DNA of 63,998 bases, counting the filler, from Octopus bimaculoides (taxonomy: Eukaryota), in NCBI RefSeq assembly GCF_001194135.2. It is 7 parts of 6 records of this genome, joined end to end, with 100 filler letters (N's around TTAATTAATTAA, not from the genome) between each part and the next. Parts side by side here need not be neighbours in the genome. Positions count along the whole stretch, not along the records: positions 31,272 to 50,453 come from NC_068993.1; positions 50,554 to 62,147 come from NC_068983.1; 5 more parts are not named here. One strand, written 5' to 3'. Numbering within the stretch: the first letter of the stretch is position 1; the number at the start of each line of letters is the position of its first letter. The notes under the pieces were generated by a model that was not told where the DNA came from, ran no database searches, and was given only the letters and a program-made list of their open reading frames with translations. The position numbers were made by a program, and so were the translations under genes. Positions 49,346-62,246 of this stretch are shown piece by piece.

Positions 49346-49805
49346 ATTCATCATCATCATCATCAGCAGCAGCAGCAGCAGCAGTAATAGCAACAACTGC
49401 ATGAACACCTAGCGAGAGCACTTCTACGTAATCGTAATTCGACATATTAGAAATAGCAGTCAAATCATACTCTTGACTCACGCGTACGCTCACATCTTCA
49501 TAAATACGGAAGGTCTACAGTTTCTAAAATGAGGGGATGGTCACAGATGGGATGGCTTTTATCGTGGGTTTATTCAGTCAGAATTGACCCGTACTTAACA
49601 ATAACAACAACAATGGCAACGCAAAAGAGTAAAAGCAGTAGCAGCAGCAGCAAACACATCGTATATATTCTTTCAGTGATATAACCTAGAGCAAACGTTT
49701 GTCTCAAACTAAAAGTAAGATAAGGGAGATAATTATGATTTAGTCACTGATACAGTTGTCTCCCTTAGACTCCGCCGGCGGTTGATGTTTGATGATTGAA
49801 CGGAT

Positions 49806-49906
<101 letters not shown>

Positions 49907-50061
49907 ACAGATAGATAGATAAGTAGGTAAGATGCTATAAAAATTTATAAATTGACTAACTCATCGCCAGGTAGCTAGGTGTGAATATATAATATACATA
50001 TACATTAATGTGTGTATGTGTGTGTTATGTATGTACGGGCGTATGTGCGTGGGATCGTGTG

Positions 50062-50101
<40 letters not shown>

Positions 50102-50157
50102 TGTGTGCATACGTGTAGAGGAAGAGAGAAAGGGAAAGACAGACACATAGACAACCT

Positions 50158-50207
<50 letters not shown>

Positions 50208-50724
50208 AATATATAGTTACAGAAGTAAGCGAAAAGGATGATTTGTGTGTAGAGAATAAACAAGACGGACGTATTTTCGCCAGCGGTTCTTAAGATATCT
50301 TGTTCACAGACAAACAACCACGACTTTATTATTACCTCTGCCTTCGCTAACGCGGAGGTAATAAGAAAGCTAAAGTGAAGATCAAGTAGTGTGTGTGCTT
50401 ATTCGCAAAATGACCGTCCCCAAATAGAGGAAATGTATATTTATTCAATATACNNNNNNNNNNNNNNNNNNNNNNNNNNNNNNNNNNNNNNNNNNNNTTA
50501 ATTAATTAANNNNNNNNNNNNNNNNNNNNNNNNNNNNNNNNNNNNNNNNNNNNATCAAGTTAAAATACATCATTATATTTGGAAAAATAGGAATAAATTT
50601 CAATGAGTATTGCTTACTCGGGTATAGTCCAACCCTTTGTCAGCTATATTTGGGCTCCATGCGATGTCTTTATTTCCGATGTTTTTGGATAAGTTTCGGA
50701 GCAGTGATTTATCGTACTCACATG

Positions 50725-51002
50725 TTAAACTTCCCCGGTGTTATTTCACCTTAAACTTCCCCGGTGTTATTTGTTAAACTTCCCCGGTGTTATTCTGTTA
50801 AACTTCCCCGGTGTTATTTGTTAAACTTCCCCGGTGTTATTCTGTTAAACTTCCCCGGTGTTATTTGTTAAACTTCCCCGGTNNNNNNNNNNNNNNNNNN
50901 NNNNNNNNNCTTAAACTTCCCCGGTGTTATTTGTTAAACTTCCCCGGTGTTATTCTGTTAAACTTCCCCGGTGTTATTCTGTTAAACTTCCCCGGTGTTA
51001 TT

Positions 51003-51003
<1 letters not shown>
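50725..51003. repeat. Homogeneous 23/24-bp minisatellite TTAAACTTCCCCGGTGTTATT(C)TG
   Basis: 11 visible units at 50725, 50751, 50774, 50798, 50821, 50845, 50868, 50911, 50934, 50958 and 50982. Confidence 0.95.
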
Positions 51004-51070
<67 letters not shown>

Positions 51071-51289
51071 GTTGTTGTTGTTGTTGCTGTTGTTGTTATT
51101 ATTATTATTATTTCTTTATTGATCCTCAAAGTGTTTACAAATAGAACGAGGATGGTTCAGGCGGACACTATATAATATAATGTGATGTAAGGTTTCATGG
51201 AAAGCTTGTAAACAACGGAATAACAAAAACAAATGCAATTAAGGAATAATCCCTGAAAGTGAGTAGACATCAACGGGCTACTTTGACAT

Positions 51290-51720
51290 CAACTCTGCAA
51301 ATGTTGACGAAAATGGAGTGCCTAACCAGTGGTAGACCAAATATTGCAGAAGAGCAGTTACTCAGGTCCTGTCAAATATGAATTTAGTTATGGCACGGCG
51401 ACAATCCTGTAATATATGATAGAAACGATAAATGTGTTCGTCACCTCTTCTCCGACGTTACTGGGACAGCTTTCTCCTAACATATTTCTGGGCGAGAATG
51501 GCCAATCTGTTAGGTACCTCATTCCATTTCTACTCCTCTCTGAGAACTTAATCAGATATCGAGTAATTTATCTGCTTCCTCCGTCCAACGCTCTAGACGC
51601 TGTTAAACAATATGGACTTGTTTCTGAAAATGCTGAGCTGCAGACCCATTGACTTGTCTTTATTGATTGTTGTTCCAGTCACTTCCAAGCAACTTAATCG
51701 CAATATGAACTTTGTTAGTA
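51290..51720 (-). pseudogene. Highly decayed L1/Tx1-like LINE, post-RT region
   Basis: GTTINKDKSMGLQL..KWNEVPNRLAILAQKYVRRKLS..EVTNTFIVSIIYYRIVAVP..LLFCNIW, reassembled across frameshifts. Confidence 0.55.
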
Positions 51721-52818
51721 TGTTAGGAGACTTTGATAGATATATTTATTAAGACATTTTGCAATTGGTAGCACAGAGCAACCCACTAAGGCGATTTACC
51801 CTTGTTCAACCATTAACTTCAAGCTGTATCATAGTTACTATTATCGGCTAGGAATTAAAGTTCACCACTGTTATTGATGACCATCGCTATTGTTTGTCCC
51901 AGGGAATTGAAAAAATATTGATGGGGCATCGCAGATATCTGCTTAGATTTGACTAGAACATGGCCTTTTGCCTTCCACAAAGTCTGTCTATTAAACTCAC
52001 TCGTTCAGCGAATACAGTTAAGGAGAATTCACAAGGGGTTAACAATGGGTGCGCAACGTTAGAAACACTAGCCGGGCCTCCCATCAGTTTTGGAGGATGT
52101 AGTTTCGATTACCTTCCCATCCCTAATGAAAACTGGACTTGAGGTGACAAATAAGCATAAAGAGTTCGAAGTGTCAACGATTTGTGCAGGTGTAGCTTGT
52201 TAGTGTTAAGAGTTGACAATTACAAAATATTCGGTTAATAAAGCTATGTATGGAAACATCTTATGGAAACTCCGCAAGATCCAAGAACAATTCTATCTAT
52301 TATATTAATCGAAGATGAGGACTTCGAAGATGGATTAAACTAGACATAAATCCTCGATGTAGGAGAAATGATTGAAGAGATGTTGGCTTCTAGAGGGTGG
52401 AAGAATATAGAGGGAGCTGAGGCGTTTGAAGGATTGGGCAAAGAGAACAGAAGTGGCGTGTTTTTACCTACCTATGTATTAACAACACGGACTTCCAGAG
52501 TGTTGAATGGCAAGTAGAATGTAATACACATATAAGCCGACACCACCTTTCCGAATGAAATTCCAGCAAAATACATTTCATGGAACTTTGAATACGAATG
52601 AAAAATCTATTCATCGAAATGTTGAAGTTTTGTGTTTTATACGTTACCCAAGTGGTAATGTTTAGACTCTTGGTTGAATCGATGATCACAGATTGTGTTC
52701 GACAAAGAAATGTCAAGCAGGCTTAGTATTAGATTTCCGCATCTAGGGGAATAATTCCCTACCGGTAGCAGGATATATGGGCTTGCAAGAAAGAAAACTA
52801 CGCCAAAGGAACACATAT

Positions 52819-52872
52819 ACTGACTGGCGGTGGGGAACTGACTGGCGGTGGGAAACTGACTGGCGGTGCGGA
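52819..52872. repeat. Three copies of an 18-bp repeat ACTGACTGGCGGTG(G/C)G(G/A)A
   Basis: Direct reading. Confidence 0.9.
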
Positions 52873-53692
52873 ACCAATTGAATCTGTAATAGACAATATT
52901 AGATAATCTAGAATCAGGCGTCTCGAGTTCAAATGCCATGGAAAGTGTATATAACGCACACACACTGACTCATTCACACAGACATACTCACACACATATA
53001 TGTACGTGTGTGAGTGTGTATATGTGTGGATTTGTGTGTTCATGTGTATATTTTTATGTGTATATGTTTGTTTATGAACCTAAAACTAGGTTTCCTCAAA
53101 CGGATAATAANNNNNNNNNNNNNNNNNNNNNNNNNNNNNNNNNNNNNNNNNNNNNNNNNNNNNNNNNNNNNNNNNNNNNNNNNNNNNNNNNNNNNNNNNN
53201 NNNNNNNNNNNNNNNNNNNNNNNNNNNNNNNNNNNNNNNNNNNNNNNNNNNNNNNNNNNNNNNNNNNNNNNNNNNNNNNNNNNNNNNNNNNNNNNNNNNN
53301 NNNNNNNNNNNNNNNNNNNNNNNNNNNNNNNNNNNNNNNNNNNNNNNNNNNNNNNNNNNNNNNNNNNNNNNNNNNNNNNNNNNNNNNNNNNNNNNNNNNN
53401 NNNNNNNNNNNNNNNNNNNNNNNNNNNNNNNNNNNNNNNNNNNNNNNNNNNNNNNNNNNNNNNNNNNNNNNNNNNNNNNNNNNNNNNNNNNNNNNNNNNN
53501 NNNNNNNNNNNNNNNNNNNNNNNNNNNNNNNNNNNNNNNNNNNNNNNNNNNNNNNNNNNNNNNNNNNNNNNNNNNNNNNNNNNNNNNNNNNNNNNNNNNN
53601 NNNNNNNNNNNNNNNNNNNNNNNNNNNNNNNNNNNNNNNNNNNNNNNNNNNNNNNNNNNNNNNNNNNNNNNNNNNNNNNNNNNNNNNNNNNN

Positions 53693-53738
<46 letters not shown>

Positions 53739-53749
53739 TTATATTTATA

Positions 53750-53905
53750 CGTGTTTGTCTTTGTGTTTGTGTTGTTCCCCCCACCGCCTCCGTCACTTGA
53801 CAACCAGTGTTGGTGAGTTTACGTCCCGTAAATAGGGAGTACGGCAAAACGAAACTGACAGAATAAGTACTAGGCTTACAAAGAATAAGTTTTGGGGTCG
53901 ATTTA
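53750..53905 (+). mobile_element. SINE family B partial copy
   Basis: CACTTGACAACCAGTGTTGGTGAGTTTACGTCCCGTAA..GAATAAGTACTAGGCTTACAAAGAATAAG..GGGGTCGATTT. Confidence 0.75.
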
Positions 53906-53979
53906 AGGGATTTAGTCAATAGCTGAAACACGTAACAGAAATATGTATATGTTTATATATACAGAGCGAGAGAGAAGGA

Positions 53980-54034
<55 letters not shown>

Positions 54035-54090
54035 GGAAAGCATTCTCTTCATTCCTAATTCCGGTCATGCCTCTACTTATTTATTCTACT

Positions 54091-54690
54091 GTGGCTTAGG
54101 AGTATTTTGACTACTATTTTTAGTGCAGCGGACGATTATGTAGTACTCTGGTATATATAAATATATTTATATATCTTATATATAATTATTAAGTTTGCCC
54201 ATACGGCTTTTAGGCTCGCGGCCACTAACGTTATTATTTTTAGGAATAATAATATTCTCTTATATAAATAATTTCACATGGTTCGTTTGTTTCAATAGTT
54301 TTCGAGCACTCAAACGAATTACAGGAATGGTAGCGGTGAATACTATTAGTTGTCTCTGGCGGATCTGACCGAGGAGAATCAGGTGCCTTTGGCGCTAAAT
54401 TCGAAGTCATGATATGAGATTAATTGACATTCCTTCTGCATCCTTTGCAGAGGTAAGGCGATATTCTTATTCACTAAATTTATTTCCTATCAGGTCTGTA
54501 TTAATTTGGTGATTCTTCAGTGGTTTAAGAGTATTTTGACTTCTATTTTTATCGAAGCAGGTGCTTACGTATAATTATCAATTTTCCCTCTATATATATA
54601 TATAATTATTAATTTTGCCTCTACGGCTTTTACGCTCGCGGCTGACTGACATTATTATATTTAGAAATGATAATGTTCTCTGATATATAT
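54091..54690 (+). repeat. Diverged direct repeat of about 170 bp, period 429 bp
   Basis: GTGG.TTA.GAGTATTTTGACT.CTATTTTTA...TATAATTATTAA.TTTGCC..TACGGCTTTTA.GCTCGCGGC at 54091 and 54520. Confidence 0.75.
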
Positions 54691-54766
54691 ACAAGGTGCG
54701 GTGAATAGATTGTCGTGTAAATTACGTAAAAATGGAAATAAAAGACATCTCATTTTAACGAATATA

Positions 54767-55570
54767 CATGGTGTGATGGGTAAATTGTCGCCATTTTATA
54801 TTTTTAATTTCGTGCATGCGCATTGTTTTTGATTTTATCGACAACACAATACAGAAGGGTCAGTTGGGCACCATTTGTGACAAAAACAGCAACATGACGC
54901 AGTTCACTCTGCCAGAAATTTGGAAACAACATAATGTACTGCTTGGCATTCGCACCGGAAGTTCCAATACGAACAGACGGTGAACACACATAACAACCGT
55001 TGGTTTGCTATGTCCCCAAAACATGCACCGAGAGCGATAGAAATCAAACATCCAAGCAACATCATGGTTTCGAGTGTTCACAAGTGATAGTGACGTTATG
55101 CCCTCATTCATCTTCCCATATGGCCGCACACTCAACACGGTGGCCTACATCAAGTGACTGAAGGAGGTATTGCTGCCCTGGGTCAAGAAGGTGGCTGCTG
55201 GAAGACCCTATGTCTGGCAACAGGACTCTGCATCATGCCACACAAGCAGGAGAACCCAGTCATGACTGTCAAATAATTTCTGCGACCACATCACCCCTAA
55301 CATCTAGCCATCTAACTCCCCAGACTGCAACCCCCTAGATTATTATGTGTAGGGCGCAGTTGAGCGAGAGACCAACAAAACTCCTTGTAACACCAAAGAT
55401 GAATTCAAGGCAAGACGTATGGCAGTATTCACCAGCTTAAACAACGATAGAGTCCAGAGGAGTTGCAGAAGACACCGAAGTGGTATGGAGGCATTGGCTG
55501 AAGCCAATGACGATTTTATTGAATATATTTACTATTTAGTATTTCAACATACTTTTATGAAAATTTGGTA
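54767..55570 (+). mobile_element. Internally deleted DD37D (maT) Tc1/mariner element
   Basis: YVWQQDSASCHTSRRTQS*LSNNFCDHITPNI*PSNSPDCNPLDYYV*GAVE has 37 residues between the second and third D. The N-terminus is joined to the mid-region and the first D is missing. Confidence 0.85.
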
Positions 55571-55635
55571 AATACAGGGTGTGGTGAATATATTGTCGTC
55601 TGAATTAAGCGAAAATGAAAATAACACTGACATTT

Positions 55636-56423
55636 CTTTGAAAGAATCATTCTCATCTGTTGGCATTGATACATTAATTAGGAAGCATTTTTTCTTGGTA
55701 ATCTCTGACAATTATATCCGACCAATTGGCCTTAATTTCTCTATCTGTGTGTATTGGCATATCTCAGATTATGGTTGCTTTCTAATTTTCTGTTACCTTT
55801 TTCTGGCGTGCGCCTATACCATTTTTTCTGTTGTTATTCCATATTATTGGCATAGCTTCCAGTGTACATAAGTCCCAACTCTGTCGTGTCTGTGAATATA
55901 TTCCTTCTTAGGCAAGACTGGGCAACCAATGATAATATGATTTATTGTTCCTTCTCCATCTCCACATATTCTGCAGTTACTTGTATTTCTTTTTATTACA
56001 TGTTTTTTGTAATTTCTGGTGGGAAGGCTTTGATCTTGCGTTGCAGTTAAAAACCCTTCAGTCTCTGCTTTGAGTTCTGAGCTTCTCAGCCATTGTTGGG
56101 AGTTTGCTTTTCTATTTACTTTAAGCCAATATTTGACATGAGGTGGTATTTTATCATGGTCCGTTGCTGTTCCAGATTTAGTTTGGATTTCGGTTGTTTT
56201 ACAGCTTTTGTTATTTTTCCTTTTTCTTCATAATTGTTAGGTACTGTTTCTTTCTTTCTGTTTTTTTTTTTGGTATTTGTCAGTTTCCTTAAAGACAGAA
56301 AACAGTTTTTTCATTTGTTCGTGTTTTGTGGCTATTTTTATTATTCTTCCTTGCTTCTGAAGTAGATATTTCTGTTGCGTATGGTCGTTACTTTGTAATA
56401 GATTTTTTAGCTGTATAAGACTT
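55636..56423 (-). mobile_element. R4/Dong-clade fragment (linker, CCHC, start of RLE)
   Basis: SQQWLRSSELKAETEGFLTATQDQSLPTRNYKKHVI..CRICGDGEGTINHIIIGCPVLPKKEYIHRHDRVGTYVHWKLC..NVSMPTDEN. The 5' junction abuts (TAA)n. Confidence 0.85.
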
Positions 56424-56431
56424 TATTATTA

Positions 56432-56529
<98 letters not shown>

Positions 56530-56729
56530 ATTATTATCTTCTTTCAATTCTGTTTCCTTTACTTGCCGAGTGTTTTCTTGACAACTAGTGCAGAGAAACG
56601 TACTATACACATTCGTAGGCCATTAAAACAAACACGTCAGATTGTTCATTTACAGAGACATGTGATAGAGAAAAAGGGGAAGACAGTGCTTTATCTTTGT
56701 ACAGTGCTTTATCTTTGTAATCTTCCATC

Positions 56730-57070
56730 CTACTTCCAATAATATGATTTTTTCTTCTGCTCTAATGCTGTGTTCGCATCCAATCAATTCTCTTTCCCTT
56801 CTTTTTATTTTACAATCTGTCTGTGTCATTTTGGGTTGGAGTATCCCATATCTAGTCATCAACTTCCTTGTCGTTCTGTCTAAGCTGTGTAGTTCGTCAA
56901 CTGTCCATGTGATTACCCTTGCTCCATATCTAAAGAGTGAAACCGCCCAGGTGTTGATAGATTAAATCGTAGTTCATCTGTTTAATTTGGACTTAAGAAT
57001 CAGTCTCAATCTGTGCAAGTATACCACCTTAAATTTTTCTGTCATTCATTTCTCCATCAATTTATCCAGG
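56730..57070 (-). mobile_element. R4/Dong-clade RT C-terminal fragment, a different subfamily from 55636-56423
   Basis: YLHRLRLILKSKLN..SINTWAVSLFRYGARVITWTVDELHSLDRTTRKLMTRYGILQPK..LIGCEHSIRAEE. Confidence 0.8.
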
Positions 57071-57074
57071 TAGT

Positions 57075-57640
57075 GGTGGTAGCCAGGCAGAAACGTTAGT
57101 ACACCTCACAAATCCCACCGAAGTCGAATTTACCTTTCACACGTTCGGGGCCAATAAAATGAATACCAGTTGATTACTTAGGTTGATGTAATCAACTCAC
57201 ACCTTACCCCGAAATTTCTGGCCTTGCGCCAAATTTTAAAACTCTTATACGACGAGTCGGCGTTAGCAGGTTAGGCGAAAATCTTAGCGGTGTATTGTCC
57301 GTTTTTACTGATTTGGAAATCCACCGAGGTCGACTTTGATTCTCATCCTTTCCGAATAGATTAAATCCCAGTTGAGCACTGGGTCGATGTAATTGACCAG
57401 CCACCTCCCCGAAGACAATTTCAGGCCTCGTGGCTACGGATTATTATGGTAGCGATCTGGGAAAGTAGTTAGTGCGTCGGACAATATCCTTTGGTGTATT
57501 TATTCCGATTCTTTACGTTCTGATGTCAAAACTATCGTATTGAATTAAACCTTCATCTCTTGGGGATCTGAAAAAATTATTTTCAATCCAGTGCTGTGTG
57601 CGAAAGCTTCTACTAAGTCCTCCCTTTAAAATTGCTTTCT
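57075..57640 (+). mobile_element. Three tandem, variably degenerate SINE family A copies
   Basis: Copies at about 57075-57245, 57250-57440 and 57445-57640. Confidence 0.7.
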
Positions 57641-58972
57641 ACCTAAATCTGAATCATCATTGTGCTATACATTCAAGTGAAAATATATGTTGATTTCCAT
57701 ACCAAATTGAATGATTCCATTGCATAAATAATAAATTACACCAGTATGAAGCGTACATGTATTTCTATTGTGCAATGGCTTATATTACTAAATATGTCAT
57801 GTTTTGTTATTTTCTACAAAGAAAACGATGTTACATGCAAGGTTACTCCTAGAAACTACTCAAAATCACGGTCACTCTGAATACAAAAGGAAGTATCGTC
57901 TCTCAGTTGTCCTCTTCCGATCTACATGAACTTGCCTAGAGCAGGCCAAGCCATTAGGACCATGCTCGCCTCTTTAATCCATCTTTTAATGAATTTTCCA
58001 GGAGGCAATTTCGTTTTCTGCGATCGGGGTTTACTAGAGGATACTTTACTTTCCTATTCATAGTTTTTCGGTTGTCATTTGTAATTTTGCCCAAAGAAGT
58101 TAATGTTTTTTACATGTTCAGAGTATAAACCTTTACGAATTACGAAATGTTGCATATTTGTAGATACAGTGGTATTTTTTTTCAGTCTTTTATACTACAT
58201 TTGGCTTTCTTTCATTATTTTCTCTGAGATAAGCATTTAGTCCATTTGTCGATGCTTTTATAATTGGAATTCACCTGCGCTAATCTGCTGCTTTCTAATT
58301 CTATTTATTTGCAAATGGATGGAGTGTAGCTACGGGCAGTTAGCTCCGTAAACTACGAACAATTTTCAATTATTAATATCTCATATATTTTCCATATATA
58401 TTTCTAAGGCTATATGACAACATGATTATTTAGATGGAATATATTACTTCCATAATGTCATTTTCCTTCACTCCGCTCCATAATACCGATTCATATTATA
58501 CACACACACACACGCACTTGTATATATATATATATNNNNNNNNNNNNNNNNNNNNNNNNNNNNNNNNNNNNNNNNNNNNNNNNNNNNNNNNNNNNNNNNN
58601 NNNNNNNNNNNNNNNNNNNNNNNNNNNNNNNNNNNNNNNNNNNNNNNNNNNNNNNNNNNNNNNNNNNNNNNNNNNNNNNNNNNNNNNNNNNNNNNNNNNN
58701 NNNNNNNNNNNNNNNNNNNNNNNNNNNNNNNNNNNNNNNNNNNNNNNNNNNNNNNNNNNNNNNNNNNNNNNNNNNNNNNNNNNNNNNNNNNNNNNNNNNN
58801 NNNNNNNNNNNNNNNNNNNNNNNNNNNNNNNNNNNNNNNNNNNNNNNNNNNNNNNNNNNNNNNNNNNNNNNNNNNNNNNNNNNNNNNNNNNNNNNNNNNN
58901 NNNNNNNNNNNNNNNNNNNNNNNNNNNNNNNNNNNNNNNNNNNNNNNNNNNNNNNNNNNNNNNNNNNNNNNN

Positions 58973-59017
<45 letters not shown>

Positions 59018-59169
59018 TATATAGATATATAGATATAGGTATATATGTCTGTAAATACATATATACATATATGTGTGTGCATGAGTGTGTATGTATGCAT
59101 ACATATGCACACATACACACACGCACACACACACACACATGCAAACACACACACGCGCGCACACGCACA

Positions 59170-59238
<69 letters not shown>

Positions 59239-59239
<1 letters not shown>

Positions 59240-59425
59240 AGAAATAATTGAGATTTAGTTGAATTAGGTACTTAAGTTGAAGCACTAAATCAGTCCTGTA
59301 TTATCCGCACAGCTTGAAGTAAGGTGAATAAAATGAAAATAAGCAACAGGATATCAAGAAGTGATGCCGTACGACCGTTTCAAGCGGCTCCATTTAATTG
59401 AACAATGCGATCATTACATCAATTC
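59239..59425. repeat. Second copy of the bipartite repeat, with module B inverted
   Basis: Module A is direct to 12912-13000; module B is the reverse complement of 13009-13094. Confidence 0.6.
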
Positions 59426-60299
59426 AAATGCAGTGCTATCATCAGCTCCACAAATAAATAGAATTTTAGCCAGTTGAACACATTCATATAATTTTTCTCA
59501 AACACTTTAACAGACCAAGAAGATGGTAGGAATTCATACTGTCGTTATTGTAGCTAAGAATAGACTACACTTTCAAGAGTGGCATGAAGCCCATTGGGGT
59601 CATAGCTTGTAAAGTATTGTGGTTAATTCCTAATTTATTTGTCTTTTTATCAACTCCTAAATCTCAAAAGAGGACTTTGTTTAGAATGAAGGGCAAGAAT
59701 GAGTTGACAGTTATGGCTAGGTATGGTCATAACTATTGTCTTTTCCTCAGGGAGGGAAGAAGACATTAGGAGTAGTAAATTGGATATAGAGTAACTGTCT
59801 ATAAAAGGAGGCTGGGTAGGGGAAGGCTCTAAATCATGATGTTAATTGCCGGTTAAATGGACAAGACGCTAATAAAACCTAGGATGTTAATACAGAAGAA
59901 ATTTTATCTTAGTGTACTATAGTGTACAATAGTGTTATGTTGTACAAAAATAAAATTTAAGATTATCAAAAATGATATTACAAGTAAAATAGGTAAAATG
60001 AGTGCATATATATATATATCAATTATCAACATTAAAAATAAAGATTACATAGAATCAGCTAAATATTTATTCATGTACTTAATTAATTATTTATAAGGTG
60101 GTTTCTATAAAGACTGCTCAGGGCATTTACTTATGGAATACTGGAAAGATAAACATGCTATCTATATATCGATTATAAGACAAGAATCAGAAAAAATAAA
60201 GATGTGTACAGATACACACACATATTTATATATGTGCTCACATGCACAAATATTTATACGTTTATATGGATATAGTATAACCATCTCGCATAGACTTAA

Positions 60300-60680
60300 G
60301 TAACTGAAAAGTATCGTCAATTTGAAGAATTGCACAAAAATGAGCAGGAAAAGTGCATCGATGAGTTGCATCTACACGATAATGCAAAACCACATATTTC
60401 CCAAGTCACAAAGAAAAAGATTATGGCATTAAATATGGAAGGACTGCTTCGTACCCTGTACTCTCCTGGCGTTGCTTCCATGTGAATGCCATCGTTTTAG
60501 TTAATTACAGAAGTATTTTGAGCGAAAACAGTTAATTTATTATTAAAAAAAAAAACATTAAATGATATCAAGTTATTCCTTGCTTCGGAACCTGAACAGT
60601 TTTACACCCGAGGGATCAGCAATTTCCAAATAGATGAGATTATGTTATCAATAATTCGAGAAAATATTTTTATTAAAAAT
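60300..60680 (+). pseudogene. Mariner (DD34D-type) transposase C-terminal remnant
   Basis: LHLHDNAKPHISQVTKKKIMALNMEGLLRTLYSPGVAS..LFLASEPEQFYTRGISN matches mariner HDNARPH..YSPDLAPSD..FFASK..FY.RGI. Confidence 0.75.
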
Positions 60681-60787
60681 GTCAATTAACGAAACACTTG
60701 TTTCTTTCCAATGTAACATATATATATACATACATACATATCTACATACGCACAAACACACACACACACACACACGCACATGTATGC

Positions 60788-60819
<32 letters not shown>

Positions 60820-61207
60820 TTAGAGAGAGAGAGAGAGAGAGAGAGTGAGAGAGAGAGAGAGAGGGAGAGAGAGAGAGAGAGAGATTAAGAAATAGATAGA
60901 TAGATAGATAGATAGATACACGCACACATAGACACACGCTCACATACATATATGCATACATATTGTTCATAGATGCGAATCAGATATCAGATATTCTCCG
61001 TATACAATACACTTAGGAGATTTAAGCTTGAGAAGGTAGAGATGTAAATGTAAGGATAAACAAGTCAGACAAATCAAGAGTTAGACAATCAAAAAGTATA
61101 TTAAAAATTTGGAATACAGAAAATGTATGTTTACATACAAAAAGGTCCGAGTTAAACAGAATACATATGATATAGAGAATCAAAGGGATTGAAGAAAAGT
61201 ATTACAA

Positions 61208-61299
61208 ATCCAGCAGCTGTTTCTGGTGATTCGGTGGTCCAAAACAATGGATGAAGATTGCTTCCATCGTTGGATTAAACGTGCCTCCGTCTTCAGGGA
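61208..61299 (-). ncRNA. Hammerhead-like motif with extended helix II, probably inactive
   Basis: Minus strand TCC-CTGAAGA-C-GG...CC-A-GAAAC-AGCT-GCT-GGA. U16.1 is replaced by C. Confidence 0.4.
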
Positions 61300-61857
61300 A
61301 GAAACCTTACATTTGATGTGTTGAAGGAAAGAGGTTCAAAGATGGATTAATATATATATATATACTTTATATTTTGACCTGTCTAACGTCCTAATCCTTA
61401 CGTTTAAACTCCGAGTAACAGACTTTTATTATATTTCTGCTGCTTTTAAATAAAGCATATTACTCTACCTCTGGTATTTGAGTACTCTATTTTCCACCTT
61501 GTTGCACATTTACGTGCATTACTCCGGTATATATATATTTACATACATTTTGTTGGATGGCCGTTGTCTGTTCAGGAGTTCATCCGCCCTTTCACAAGTC
61601 TTATTTTCTATCCTGCAAGGTGTCCAACAACACCCTCCTCACCAAGCATGTCGGGTGGGGTTGCGAGTTTAGACGCCGACGAACCGACCATGCAACAGGC
61701 TGTACTGGATTACACGTTACCAGTAGCACTCAAGAGCGACCTGACACCTTTTTTTATGTGTATATATGTATAATTTTACTCTATATGTATAATTTTACTC
61801 TATATGTATATATATATATATATGTATATATGCATATATATATAAACATATATACTA

Positions 61858-61895
<38 letters not shown>

Positions 61896-62246
61896 ATGTG
61901 TGTATCAAAAATATCGCTATCAATCTGGAGTAATAATTTGTAGTTTTGAAATCAGTAGTTCTTTGACTGCTATTTCTGAATTCTCAGTATGTTGGGGAAG
62001 CAGGTTACTGTCAATCCCTATATATTTATGATTATAAATGTTTTTTACCGAAAAGGTTTTTTCATACTGAGCTACCCGGCAAAATTGTTAATTATTAATT
62101 TTATTACTAATTGACGATTCCCTGCCCTGCATATCTATCTATCTATCNNNNNNNNNNNNNNNNNNNNNNNNNNNNNNNNNNNNNNNNNNNNTTAATTAAT
62201 TAANNNNNNNNNNNNNNNNNNNNNNNNNNNNNNNNNNNNNNNNNNN

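Noticed and set aside
50725-51003. CRISPR-like appearance of the short repeat arrays (also 62247-63998)
   Set aside because: Repeats are contiguous with no unique spacers, there are no cas genes, and the context is eukaryotic.
52230-52520. Purine-rich coding-looking stretch (ILDVGEMIEEMLASRGWKNIEG...)
   Set aside because: Interrupted by stops and not assignable to any family I can recognise.
57960-58030. Minus-strand KLPPGKFIKRWIKEA resembling a MULE/FAR1 C-terminal motif
   Set aside because: A single short motif with no supporting SWIM or DDE residues nearby.
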